Position numbers and translations under genes: made by a program. The notes below the pieces were generated by a model, which did not search any database, was not told the origin of the DNA, and saw only the letters and a program-made list of their open reading frames with translations. From Acaryochloris marina MBIC11017 (lineage in GTDB: Bacteria > Cyanobacteriota > Cyanobacteriia > Thermosynechococcales > Thermosynechococcaceae), in contig NC_009925.1 in assembly GCF_000018105.1 (NCBI RefSeq), positions 3,600,001-3,632,000 on the forward strand: a DNA stretch of 32,000 nucleotides. Direction: 5' to 3'. This document shows positions 15,243 to 23,662 of this stretch, in pieces. The number at the start of each line of letters is the position of its first letter. The first letter of the stretch is position 1.

Positions 15243-16517
15243 ATGCCTAAACCCATAATTGTTTGTGTGGATGATGAAATCGCAGTCCTAGATAGCCTCA
15301 GACGTGAGCTATCTGAAGTGTTTGAAGATACCTGCGAAATAGAAACTGCTATGGGGGGCAAGGATGCCATTGCCCTGGTCCATGACCTGATCGAAGATGA
15401 ATGCGATTTATCGGTCATCATTGCTGATTATCTGATGCCAGACATCAAAGGAGACGCAGTCTTACAACAAGTCCATCAGCTCTCTCCCCAAACTTTGACC
15501 ATTATGTTGACGGGGCAAGCGAATGTTGATGGTATTTCCAATGCCATCAATACGGCCCAGCTGTATCACTACATTGCCAAACCCTGGCAACCTGAAGCGT
15601 TACAGTTAACGGTGCGAGAGGCTCTCAATCGCTATCAACTCTCTAAAAAAATTAAAGACTATCAACAAACCCTCGAACGTAAAGTTGAAGAGCGTACCCA
15701 GGAATTATCCGAAACGTTGCATACCCTGCAAACCACCCAATCAGAACTGATTCAGGCGGAAAAAATGGCTGCCCTAGGCCAGTTAGTGGCGGGCGTAGCC
15801 CATGAAATTAATACCCCTGTGGGCAATGCCCTGTTAGCCGCCTCGGTATTGAATAATGAAACCAGTTCTTTAACTCAAGCCTTTGAGCAAGGAGCGTTAA
15901 AACGATCGGCCTTAGTGGGTTATTTGCAGACTGCTCAAGAGAGTAGTGATCTGATCTTGCAAAATCTGCATGGGGCGGCGGCCCTCATTCAAAACTTCAA
16001 GCAAGTTGCGGTGGATCAAACCAGTCATGAGCAACGAGAGTTTCAGATCATCCCGTATATTGAGAGTGTATTGACCAATTTGGAACCGAAATTAAAACGG
16101 ACTCGCCATACGGTGACGGTTTCAGGGGATGCTGCTCTAAAAACCACTAGTTATCCAGGAGCACTGTCACAAGTTGTGACTAATTTTGTCATGAATTCCC
16201 TTATGCATGCCTACCAACCTGGAGAGGCAGGGCAATTAAAATTTGAAGTGACTCAACAACAAGATCGGATTATTCTCGAATATACCGATGATGGTTGTGG
16301 CATTCCAGCAGAACATCAGCCTAAGATTTATGAACCTTTTTTTACCACGGGTCGAGATCGGGGCGGCAGTGGTTTAGGTCTGCATATTGTTCACAATCTG
16401 GTCACCCAGTCCCTTGGAGGAACCTTGTCTTGCCAGAGTGAGGTTTCCGTAGGAACTCAGTTTATGCTGCAGTTACCCTTGACCTTAAGGAAGGGGGAGG
16501 CTCATGCCCGAGGATAA
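15243..16517 (+). CDS. Hybrid receiver-histidine kinase (N-terminal REC, then DHp and HATPase)
   Basis: The REC has CVDDE, [17 protein letters not shown] and IAKPW. The H-box is [23 protein letters not shown]. The ATPase motifs are NSLMHA, DDGCGIP and [11 protein letters not shown]. Confidence 0.9.
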   Translation: [424 protein letters not shown]

Positions 16518-17766
16518 ATCCTTGCTTTCTGCAGGAACTCTAGAAGCCGATGATGAACTCCAGTTTTTGGAAGAGTTAGCCTGCCATTCCCAGAGGGAGG
16601 TGATTCCAGGAGGATGGAAAGTCATTGTAGTGGACGATGAAGAACAGGTTCATGAGGTGACGCGTCTCGCCCTGAAAAACTTCAAATTTGCTGATAAGCC
16701 CCTGGAAATTATTTCGGCTTATTCCAGTGAAGAAGCTCAGCAGTTATTGAATCAAAACCCAGATACAGCGGTGTTGCTGTTAGATGTGGTGATGGAGACG
16801 GATGAAGCTGGCCTAGAGCTGGTCAAGCATATCCGTGATCATTTACACAACATCTTTGTGCGGATTATTTTACGCACTGGTCAGCCGGGTATCGCTCCCG
16901 AAAAATCGGTGATTGAAGGGTATGACATTAATGACTACAAAACTAAAACCGAACTCACCCAACAAAAACTTTTTTCCACGTTAATTACGGCTATTCGATC
17001 GTATCGAGATTTACTGACTGTTGAAGAGAGCCGTCAACAGATTGCGTATTTAAATCAACAGTTAGAAGATGCCAAACTCAGTTTGGAGAATAAGGTTAAA
17101 GAACGCACCCAAGCGCTGCAGCAGCAAACCTTAGCCTTAGCAGCTAAAAACAAGCAGCTAGAAGAAGAGATTCAGGCCAAGCTCTATGCCCAGCAGGCTT
17201 TAGAAGCGACCAATAAGAAGTTGGATGAAGCCAATAAGCAGCTGTCTCTGATTGCGAATCATGATGCCCTCACGGGGTTGGCGAACCGCCGTCGTTTTGA
17301 TGAGTATTTACAACAAATTTGGAAGCAAACTCAGCGGGAACAACAGCCCTTAAGCCTTTTAATTTGCGATATTGATTTTTTCAAGCAGTATAACGATACC
17401 TATGGTCACCTAGAGGGAGATATTTGCCTCCGAACGGTGGCCCAAAAGATTCACCAAACCATTGTGCGTCCTTTGGATTTAGTGGCCCGCTTTGGAGGGG
17501 AAGAATTTGCGATTGTGTTGCCCAATACCGATTTAGAGGGAGGGCAAGTGGTGGCGGAGCGCCTGAGAATGATCATCCAGAAGTCTCAACTTCCCCATCG
17601 TGGATCTTCTGTGAGCGAATTTGTGACCGTTAGCATTGGGGCCGCTACGGTGCGATCACATCCCCATACCTCCGTATCGAGCTTAATCAGCCGAGCCGAT
17701 CAGGCCCTCTATCAAGCGAAACAATCTGGACGAGACCAGGTGGTTGCTCTATCGATAACGGAGTAG
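16504..17766 (+). CDS. Response regulator with coiled-coil linker and GGDEF diguanylate cyclase domain
   Basis: The REC has VVDDEE, LLLDVVMETDEAG, ILRTGQPG and DYKTK. A long Q/E/K-rich helix follows. The GGDEF domain has DALTGLANRR, an I-site RPLD and an active-site RFGGEEFAI. It overlaps the upstream gene by 14 nt. Confidence 0.9.
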   Translation: MPEDKSLLSAGTLEADDELQFLEELACHSQREVIPGGWKVIVVDDEEQVHEVTRLALKNFKFADKPLEIISAYSSEEAQQLLNQNPDTAVLLLDVVMETDEAGLELVKHIRDHLHNIFVRIILRTGQPGIAPEKSVIEGYDINDYKTKTELTQQKLFSTLITAIRSYRDLLTVEESRQQIAYLNQQLEDAKLSLENKVKERTQALQQQTLALAAKNKQLEEEIQAKLYAQQALEATNKKLDEANKQLSLIANHDALTGLANRRRFDEYLQQIWKQTQREQQPLSLLICDIDFFKQYNDTYGHLEGDICLRTVAQKIHQTIVRPLDLVARFGGEEFAIVLPNTDLEGGQVVAERLRMIIQKSQLPHRGSSVSEFVTVSIGAATVRSHPHTSVSSLISRADQALYQAKQSGRDQVVALSITE

Positions 17767-17845
17767 GTTTTTCAGCAGGAGAAGAGTGCGATTTACAGAC
17801 AGCCGGGGAACACTGGATGTAATTCGCGAGATCAGCCGAACGGCC

Positions 17846-18892
17846 ATGCAAGACGTCAATGCTCCAACATCTCCATTTCCGGAAGTTTCCAGAACATCAT
17901 CCTTAGGGAGCTCTGATCAGGATCGACCCGTTATTCTGATTGCTGAAGATGATCGGATGACGCGAGCCATGATCAGTCATATTCTCACGAATGATGGATA
18001 TCGGGTCGTGGAAGCCGAGGATGGAGAAACCTGTTTGGCCGCTTACCAAAAGAGTCCTCCTAACCTAGTGCTACTAGACGCCATGATGCCAGGCATGAAT
18101 GGCTTTGAGTGCTGTGGTGAACTGATGAAGTTCCCTGAGAGTGCCTATACCCCCATTTTGATGATCACGGGATTAGAAGATCAGACCTCTGTTGATTGGG
18201 CCTTTGATGTGGGAGCATCAGACTACATTACGAAACCGATCCATTGGCCTGTTTTGCGACAGCGGGTTCGTATTCAGCTAGAAAGAACCCAACTCCATAA
18301 ACAGCTGGAAGAAGCTAACAAGCGCTTAACCTACCTAGCTTCAGTTGATGAATTGACCCAACTTCCGAATCGCCGGGCTTTTACAGAAGCCCTTAACCGG
18401 GAATGGCGAAGGATGGCTCGGGAGAAATCTAGCCTAGCCTTAATCATGATCGATATTGACTATTTCAAAGTCTATAACGATACCTATGGACACCCGGTTG
18501 GGGATAGTTGCTTATTTCAGGTGGCCCGGGTTATCCATACTTGTGTTAGGCGTCCTGCCGATCTACCGTCTCGATATGGGGGGGAAGAATTTGCAGTAAT
18601 TTTGCCGAATACTACTTTATCAGGAGCAATTCATGTTGCCGAAAATATGCGGTTGTCCGTACAAAGACTCATGATTCCCCATAAAAACTCGGCAAATGGT
18701 CCCTATGTCTCTCTCAGTTTGGGGGTGGCCAGTGTCATTCCTGATATCCAGGAAATGGAATCAGAGACTCCTTTGCTGTTGGCCGCAGACCAAGCGCTAT
18801 ACAAAGCCAAGGCCGAAGGCAGAAATCGTGTGTGTGTCGATCAAACATTGTCAACGATAGAAAGCGAACAACTCATCGTCGATTCTGTGTAA
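17846..18892 (+). CDS. Response regulator-GGDEF diguanylate cyclase (PleD/WspR-like)
   Basis: The REC has IAEDD, LVLLDAMMPGMNG, MITGLED and ITKPI. The GGDEF domain has DELTQLPNRR, an I-site RPAD and RYGGEEFAV. I prefer the ATG at 17846; the track begins at a GTG at 17786. Confidence 0.9.
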   Translation: MQDVNAPTSPFPEVSRTSSLGSSDQDRPVILIAEDDRMTRAMISHILTNDGYRVVEAEDGETCLAAYQKSPPNLVLLDAMMPGMNGFECCGELMKFPESAYTPILMITGLEDQTSVDWAFDVGASDYITKPIHWPVLRQRVRIQLERTQLHKQLEEANKRLTYLASVDELTQLPNRRAFTEALNREWRRMAREKSSLALIMIDIDYFKVYNDTYGHPVGDSCLFQVARVIHTCVRRPADLPSRYGGEEFAVILPNTTLSGAIHVAENMRLSVQRLMIPHKNSANGPYVSLSLGVASVIPDIQEMESETPLLLAADQALYKAKAEGRNRVCVDQTLSTIESEQLIVDSV

Positions 18893-18897
18893 ACCAC

Positions 18898-20025
18898 CTA
18901 ATACAGCTCATACTTCAAGAACTGACAGGCAATGGAGCCATTGTTGATCGCCTTGCGCTGACAAGATTTGAGGCCAATCGATTGAGATAAGGCTTTATTC
19001 CCACTTAAAACAAAGGCGGTCCAGCCTTTGAAGCGCTGTTTGAGGATTTGACCCAATTGACGATAGAAATCCCCCAGTTCCCGAGGATTCCCTAAGCGCT
19101 CGCCATAGGGCGGGTTGCAGATGAGGATGCCGCTATCGGTGGGCGGTTCAACATCCTGTAAGTCGATAGCTTCAAACCAGATATAGTCTGCGACATGGCA
19201 ATTCTGGGCATTGAGCTGGGCTTGGTCAATCACCTCGGCATTTTGGTCACTGCCCCAAATGGGCATGGGAAGGTGTGAGCGTTGTTGCTCTCTCGCTTTA
19301 GTTTGCAGAGATTGCCATAGAGCCGCATCAAAATCTGGCCAGGTTTGAAAGCCAAAGCCTTGTCGAAAAGTACCCGGTGCAATTCTGAGACCCTGTAAGC
19401 AGGCTTCCAACGGTAGGGTGCCGGAGCCACAGAGGGGATCCATAAATGCTAAATCGGATTGCCAGCCCGATAAGCGAATCAGAGCAGCAGCCAAGGATTC
19501 TTTTAAGGGAGCAGCCCCTACCGCCGGACGATAGCCCCGTCGATGGAGGCTGCTGCCGGAACTATCCAGGTTAACCACACAGCGAGCTTGATGGAGGTGA
19601 ACGTTGATCCGCACGTCTGGAGTTTGGGTATCGATGTGCGATCGCGTTCCGAATTGTTGGCGCTGTTGATCAACAATGGCATTTTTAACCTGCAGAGCCG
19701 TGAAGTGACTATGGTTCAGCTGAGGTGTCTTCCCCGTGGCATCAACGGCGAAGGTATAGTCTGGGGTCAAATACTCCTGCCAAGGCAAGGTTTGAATGCC
19801 CTGATAAAGAGCCTCGGCATCTTGGCAAGGAAACGCTTCTAATCGCAGCAGAATCCGAAATGGCAGTCTGGCCCAGAGATTCACCTGGTATAGCAATGGG
19901 CGATCTCCCTGAAAAGCCACTCCACAAAATCCAGGCTCAACGGATTGCGCCCCTAATTCTGTCAGTTCTTGGGCGGCTAAAGATTCTAGTCCTCGGGCAA
20001 CGGTGGCAAAATATTGTCTGGGCAT
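18898..20025 (-). CDS. THUMP-domain class I SAM-dependent RNA methyltransferase (RlmL/YpsC-like, COG0116 type)
   Basis: The THUMP-like region is ...INVHL....VNLDSSGSSLHRRGYR. The SAM-binding motif is MDPLCGSGT and the catalytic motif is CNPPYGERLG. I prefer the ATG at 20025; the track GTG is at 20067. Confidence 0.8.
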   Translation of the reverse strand: MPRQYFATVARGLESLAAQELTELGAQSVEPGFCGVAFQGDRPLLYQVNLWARLPFRILLRLEAFPCQDAEALYQGIQTLPWQEYLTPDYTFAVDATGKTPQLNHSHFTALQVKNAIVDQQRQQFGTRSHIDTQTPDVRINVHLHQARCVVNLDSSGSSLHRRGYRPAVGAAPLKESLAAALIRLSGWQSDLAFMDPLCGSGTLPLEACLQGLRIAPGTFRQGFGFQTWPDFDAALWQSLQTKAREQQRSHLPMPIWGSDQNAEVIDQAQLNAQNCHVADYIWFEAIDLQDVEPPTDSGILICNPPYGERLGNPRELGDFYRQLGQILKQRFKGWTAFVLSGNKALSQSIGLKSCQRKAINNGSIACQFLKYELY

Positions 20026-20223
20026 GACAGGGACCTCATGAGAGTGGGTGGGAGAATCCCCAGCCACGACATCGCTTTGCTTATTGAAGCATTTTGATTC
20101 CCTAACTGGATGGATGCCGTGACTTTCTCGGTAAAGGAGATAGTGTGGATAGCCCTGAACAGGATAAAATTCAAACTGGATAGGCTTTGGTTTATCTTGC
20201 TATTCGTTTCGGAAAACTAACCC

Positions 20224-21564
20224 ATGATTCATGAAGTGTTTATGCCTGCCCTCAGCTCCACGATGGAGGAGGGAAAAATTGTCTCTTGGTCTAAGGAGCC
20301 AGGTGACAAGGTCGAAAAGGGTGAAACGGTTCTGGTGGTTGAATCCGACAAGGCAGATATGGATGTGGAGTCCTTCCATGAGGGATATCTAGCAGCCATC
20401 GCGGTGCCTGCGGGTGGGGTGGCCAAGGTCGGTGCGGCCATTGGCTATGTTGCCGAAACGGAAGCTGAAATTGCTGAAGCACAAAAGAAAGCATCTGCCG
20501 CTGAGTCTGCGGCCCCTGCACCTGCAGCTCCGGCCCCTGCACCTGCAGCTCCAGCCCCTGCTGCAGTAGCTCCGGCTCCTCCGGCTGCGGCCCCGGCCCC
20601 TGTTGCTACTATTCCAGTAGCCCCAGCAGCTACCTTAAATGGAGGCAGTGCACCGGCTGCTCCATCTAACGGTCGAGTGGTGGTTTCACCTCGGGCGCGG
20701 AAGCTTGCTAAGCAATTCAAAGTCGATCTCAATACCCTAACGGGCAGTGGTCCCCATGGTCGAATCGTGGCTGCAGATATAGAAGCAGCCTCTGGCCAAA
20801 CGTCGACCACTGCTACGGCTCCAGCCGCCAGCAGTGCTGCGCCTCAGCCATCCCTACCTGCCTCCGCTCCCTTACCCGCTGGAGCAGCAGCCGGTGAAGT
20901 AGTTCCCTTCAATACCTTGCAGCAGGCTGTGGTGAACAACATGGTGGCTAGTCTAGCTGTGCCCACCTTCCATGTGGAATATTCCATTGTTACAGATGCC
21001 CTGGACCAGCTGTATAAGCAAGTCAAGACCAAAGGTGTCACTATGACGGCCCTCTTGGCCAAAGCTGTGGCGGTTACCCTGCGCCAGCATCCCCTGGTCA
21101 ATGCCAGCTGTGCCCCACAAGGAATCCAGTACAGCAGCGCCATCAATATTGCTGTGGCGGTTGCCATGCCTGGGGGCGGTTTGATTACGCCAGTTCTGCA
21201 ACAGGCGGATCAGATGGATTTATATTCCCTCTCTCGCACTTGGAGAGATTTAGTTGCTCGCGCCCGTAGCAAACAGCTGCAGCCGGATGAATACAGTACC
21301 GGCACCTTTACCCTTTCCAATCTGGGAATGTTTGGGGTCAACAGCTTTGATGCCATTCTGCCCCCAGGGCAAGGGTCCATTCTGGCGATTGGTGGGTCTA
21401 AGCCCCAAGTCGTGGCGGATGATCAGGGCATGATGGGGGTGAAGCGACTGATGAATGTCAACATTACCTGCGATCACCGGGTGATCTATGGTGCCGATGC
21501 CGCTGCCTTTTTGAAGGATTTAGCGGAGTTGATTGAAACCAATCCCCAATCCTTGACCCTGTAA
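20224..21564 (+). CDS. pdhC: Dihydrolipoamide acetyltransferase, E2 component of pyruvate dehydrogenase
   Basis: The lipoyl domain is MPALSSTMEEGKIVSW...VVESDKADMDVES. An Ala/Pro-rich linker follows, then the E3-binding domain VSPRARKLA...GSGPHGRIVAADIE. The catalytic motif is CDHRVIYGADAAAFL. Confidence 0.9.
   Translation: MIHEVFMPALSSTMEEGKIVSWSKEPGDKVEKGETVLVVESDKADMDVESFHEGYLAAIAVPAGGVAKVGAAIGYVAETEAEIAEAQKKASAAESAAPAPAAPAPAPAAPAPAAVAPAPPAAAPAPVATIPVAPAATLNGGSAPAAPSNGRVVVSPRARKLAKQFKVDLNTLTGSGPHGRIVAADIEAASGQTSTTATAPAASSAAPQPSLPASAPLPAGAAAGEVVPFNTLQQAVVNNMVASLAVPTFHVEYSIVTDALDQLYKQVKTKGVTMTALLAKAVAVTLRQHPLVNASCAPQGIQYSSAINIAVAVAMPGGGLITPVLQQADQMDLYSLSRTWRDLVARARSKQLQPDEYSTGTFTLSNLGMFGVNSFDAILPPGQGSILAIGGSKPQVVADDQGMMGVKRLMNVNITCDHRVIYGADAAAFLKDLAELIETNPQSLTL
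20512..20574 (+). repeat. Three tandem 21-bp units encoding the APAPAAP-type flexible linker of E2
   Basis: The units are gcccctgcacctgcagctccg (20512-20532), gcccctgcacctgcagctcca (20533-20553) and gcccctgctgcagtagctccg (20554-20574). All are in frame within pdhC. Confidence 0.8.
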
Positions 21565-21635
21565 TCCATAGACGGGAGCTTCATCATGAAGGCTTCTCCT
21601 TTTGTGAAGCTTCTGATTACAACGCATTTCCACAT

Positions 21636-21670
21636 CACACCTAAAAATTGATCCGCTTATTGTAGGTGTG
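21636..21670 (-). terminator. Candidate stem-loop just downstream of the FIST gene stop (weak; no U-tract)
   Basis: CACACCTA (21636-21643) pairs with TAGGTGTG (21663-21670), giving an 8-bp perfect stem and a 19-nt loop. It sits in the 108-bp convergent spacer between pdhC and the FIST gene. The lack of a following T-run makes intrinsic terminator function uncertain. Confidence 0.25.
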
Positions 21671-21672
21671 AA

Positions 21673-22926
21673 TTAATCGTCTTGGCTGCGAAAAATACCA
21701 AAGGCGGCGGTGTAGCCATGAAGAAACGTTGTGCCAGCAATGGGACCAATTTCGCCATTACAGAAAAAACCGCTGACCGGAATATTGTGAAAATAGCGTC
21801 TAAAGAGTTGAGAGTCGAAGTCGGGCTCTCCATAGAACCGCTCTCCTCGCCCTAAGCAATCAAACAGCAGGGCGGCTATGGGCTGAGATTGATCTGGGGG
21901 CGATTTTTGAAAATAGTGTTGGAGCAGTTCTTCCAGTTCATCGGCAGAGGCTTGGGCATCTCGTAAGTGAAATTGAATCCGTTGACCGGGACGGATGCGA
22001 TCGCCAATGGCAATCGCCCCAATGCGGGGGTCCACCCCAATTAAGTTGCGAATCAAAAAATCGCCCGGTTCCAAATTTTGCTTAAACTCATTACAGACAA
22101 TGCCCACCGAGAGGGAATGCTGGGCTAACTCCCGTTCATCCTCGTCCAAATCCTGGACCAAGGTTTGCAGGGCTTCCAAGGGCGTCTGTAGCTCGACTTC
22201 ATCGGCATTAAATGTGGCTTCCACTGGAACGGTTTGTTCTTCCACCTGCAGCACAACGTTACGCTCAGCTTCGGCTACCCGATAGGGTTGACCAATGGGG
22301 CGACAGCCTTGAGCTACAATTGTTTCGACCATAATATTGCCACTCAGGGCAACGCCCACTGTGCCCTCGCGATAGAGCTGGTCGTCACAGAACAGACCAC
22401 TTCCACTCCAAGAAGAACGACCACTGGCAAGACCGCCAATTTTGACGGCACCTGGGTAGGCATAATCTAGCCCTTGCAGTAGATCACTAATTTTTGAGCT
22501 AGAGGGATCGGCAAACAGGATGAAATGGGGCTGATGGGCTGGATCCACTTCTAGTAATTCAGTCCAGGTTAAAGGGGCACTATCTGGATCCGGTAGCTCG
22601 TCTTCATAGATATGAAAGGTCTGAATGTCGACACCGGGCAATGAGGCTAGGGTGAGGGTAATACCGGGTTCTTCTTCAACTTCCGCGGTAGATCCCCCCT
22701 GGGTTGGCCCAATCACACCATTCCCCCCACATCCAATAAAATGCTGGACCGGCAACTTATCTGCCAGCAGGGGCTGTAATCGAGGAAATTCGCTGGCAAA
22801 GGTGGTTGAAATAAATAAAATGGCCAAATCTGCAGGGGCGTCTAAGGATTGCATTGCCGTTGCAATCACTTCATCCAGTGCAGCTTCTAGAGAGGGTTGT
22901 GTTGATAGTGCACTAGCCCACTTCAT
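21673..22926 (-). CDS. FIST-domain signal-transduction protein (FIST_N plus FIST_C)
   Basis: The 417-aa ORF begins MKWASALSTQPSLEAALDEV. It has a central GGLASG motif and a C-terminal PVSGFFCNGEIGP motif, as in FIST_C domains. This assignment is from memory of the family pattern. Confidence 0.65.
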   Translation of the reverse strand: MKWASALSTQPSLEAALDEVIATAMQSLDAPADLAILFISTTFASEFPRLQPLLADKLPVQHFIGCGGNGVIGPTQGGSTAEVEEEPGITLTLASLPGVDIQTFHIYEDELPDPDSAPLTWTELLEVDPAHQPHFILFADPSSSKISDLLQGLDYAYPGAVKIGGLASGRSSWSGSGLFCDDQLYREGTVGVALSGNIMVETIVAQGCRPIGQPYRVAEAERNVVLQVEEQTVPVEATFNADEVELQTPLEALQTLVQDLDEDERELAQHSLSVGIVCNEFKQNLEPGDFLIRNLIGVDPRIGAIAIGDRIRPGQRIQFHLRDAQASADELEELLQHYFQKSPPDQSQPIAALLFDCLGRGERFYGEPDFDSQLFRRYFHNIPVSGFFCNGEIGPIAGTTFLHGYTAAFGIFRSQDD

Positions 22927-23182
22927 TTTTGCTCCTTCGGAGGATTCCCTGACATCATGTCTGCTTTATTCCAGAACATTGACTGGCCTGATCGACGGAA
23001 GAGCGGCAACCCCAAATGGGGTAATCCCAAGAACACTCTAATATGTCTGTTGATGCTTTGACAGTGATCCACTGGGGATAGCTGCCTTTCGTTAAGATCG
23101 AAGGGGCAACAGCCAGTATCCTAGATACATTCCCTTGATTCATCCTCGATTGTGGAGAGCGATTCCTCACTGTCTTCAGATT

Positions 23183-23662
23183 ATGGCCCTGGACAATCTC
23201 CGAAAACTGTATCAACAAGTCATATTAGAACATGACAAAAAGCTTCGTCATCGCGGCATGACGGATCCAGTCCATCGTCACCAATGGGGACATAATCCTT
23301 CCTATGGCGATACGATTGAGCTGACGGTTCAGTTGGAAGCGCTAGAAGAGCGGATTGCGGCTGTTAAATTTGAAGGTGAGGGATGTGCGATCGCAATGGC
23401 GTCTGCTGACTTAATGGCAGATGCGATGCAGGGAAAACCCCTCCCTGAAGCCTTGCAAATGGTCCAAGCATTCCAAAATATGATGAAAGGCGAAGGAGAA
23501 TTCCCGCGAGAGCATCGTAAGCTCAACGTCATGCAGGGGGTGGCCCAATTGCCCGTTCGGATTAAATGTGCCACCCTAGCCTGGCACACCCTTAAGGCCG
23601 CCTTAGAGCATCAGAGTGTAGAATCAGCGGATGAGTTTGTCAGCAACGAGGAGAATGATTAA
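23183..23662 (+). CDS. SufU/IscU-like NifU-family Fe-S cluster assembly protein, with Tyr at the first conserved Cys position
   Basis: Family blocks are MALDNLRKLYQQVILEH, GHNPSYGD (canonical is NPxCGD), FEGEGCAIAMASADLM and PVRIKCATLAWHTL. I prefer the ATG at 23183; the track TTG is at 23135. Confidence 0.75.
   Translation: MALDNLRKLYQQVILEHDKKLRHRGMTDPVHRHQWGHNPSYGDTIELTVQLEALEERIAAVKFEGEGCAIAMASADLMADAMQGKPLPEALQMVQAFQNMMKGEGEFPREHRKLNVMQGVAQLPVRIKCATLAWHTLKAALEHQSVESADEFVSNEEND

Noticed and set aside
20512-20574. Three 21-bp tandem repeats, considered as a CRISPR, VNTR or contingency locus.
   Set aside because: They are in frame and encode the well-known Ala/Pro-rich flexible linker between the lipoyl and E3-binding domains of E2. 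There are no spacers and no associated cas genes. Length polymorphism is possible but biologically ordinary.
20445-20810. A 121-aa Ala/Gly-rich minus-strand ORF, and overlapping ORFs at 20229-20542.
   Set aside because: These are the reverse-complement mirror of the GC-rich Ala/Pro linker codons of pdhC. They are an artefact of the repeat composition.
21586-21651. A 21-codon ORF (MKASPFVKLLITTHFHITPKN) with GGGAG 7 nt upstream, in the pdhC/FIST convergent spacer. Overlapping alternative hairpins lie at 21578-21613.
   Set aside because: It is too short and not hydrophobic like known cyanobacterial micro-proteins. The hairpins have bulges and no U-tract. It cannot be supported without conservation or ribosome-profiling data.
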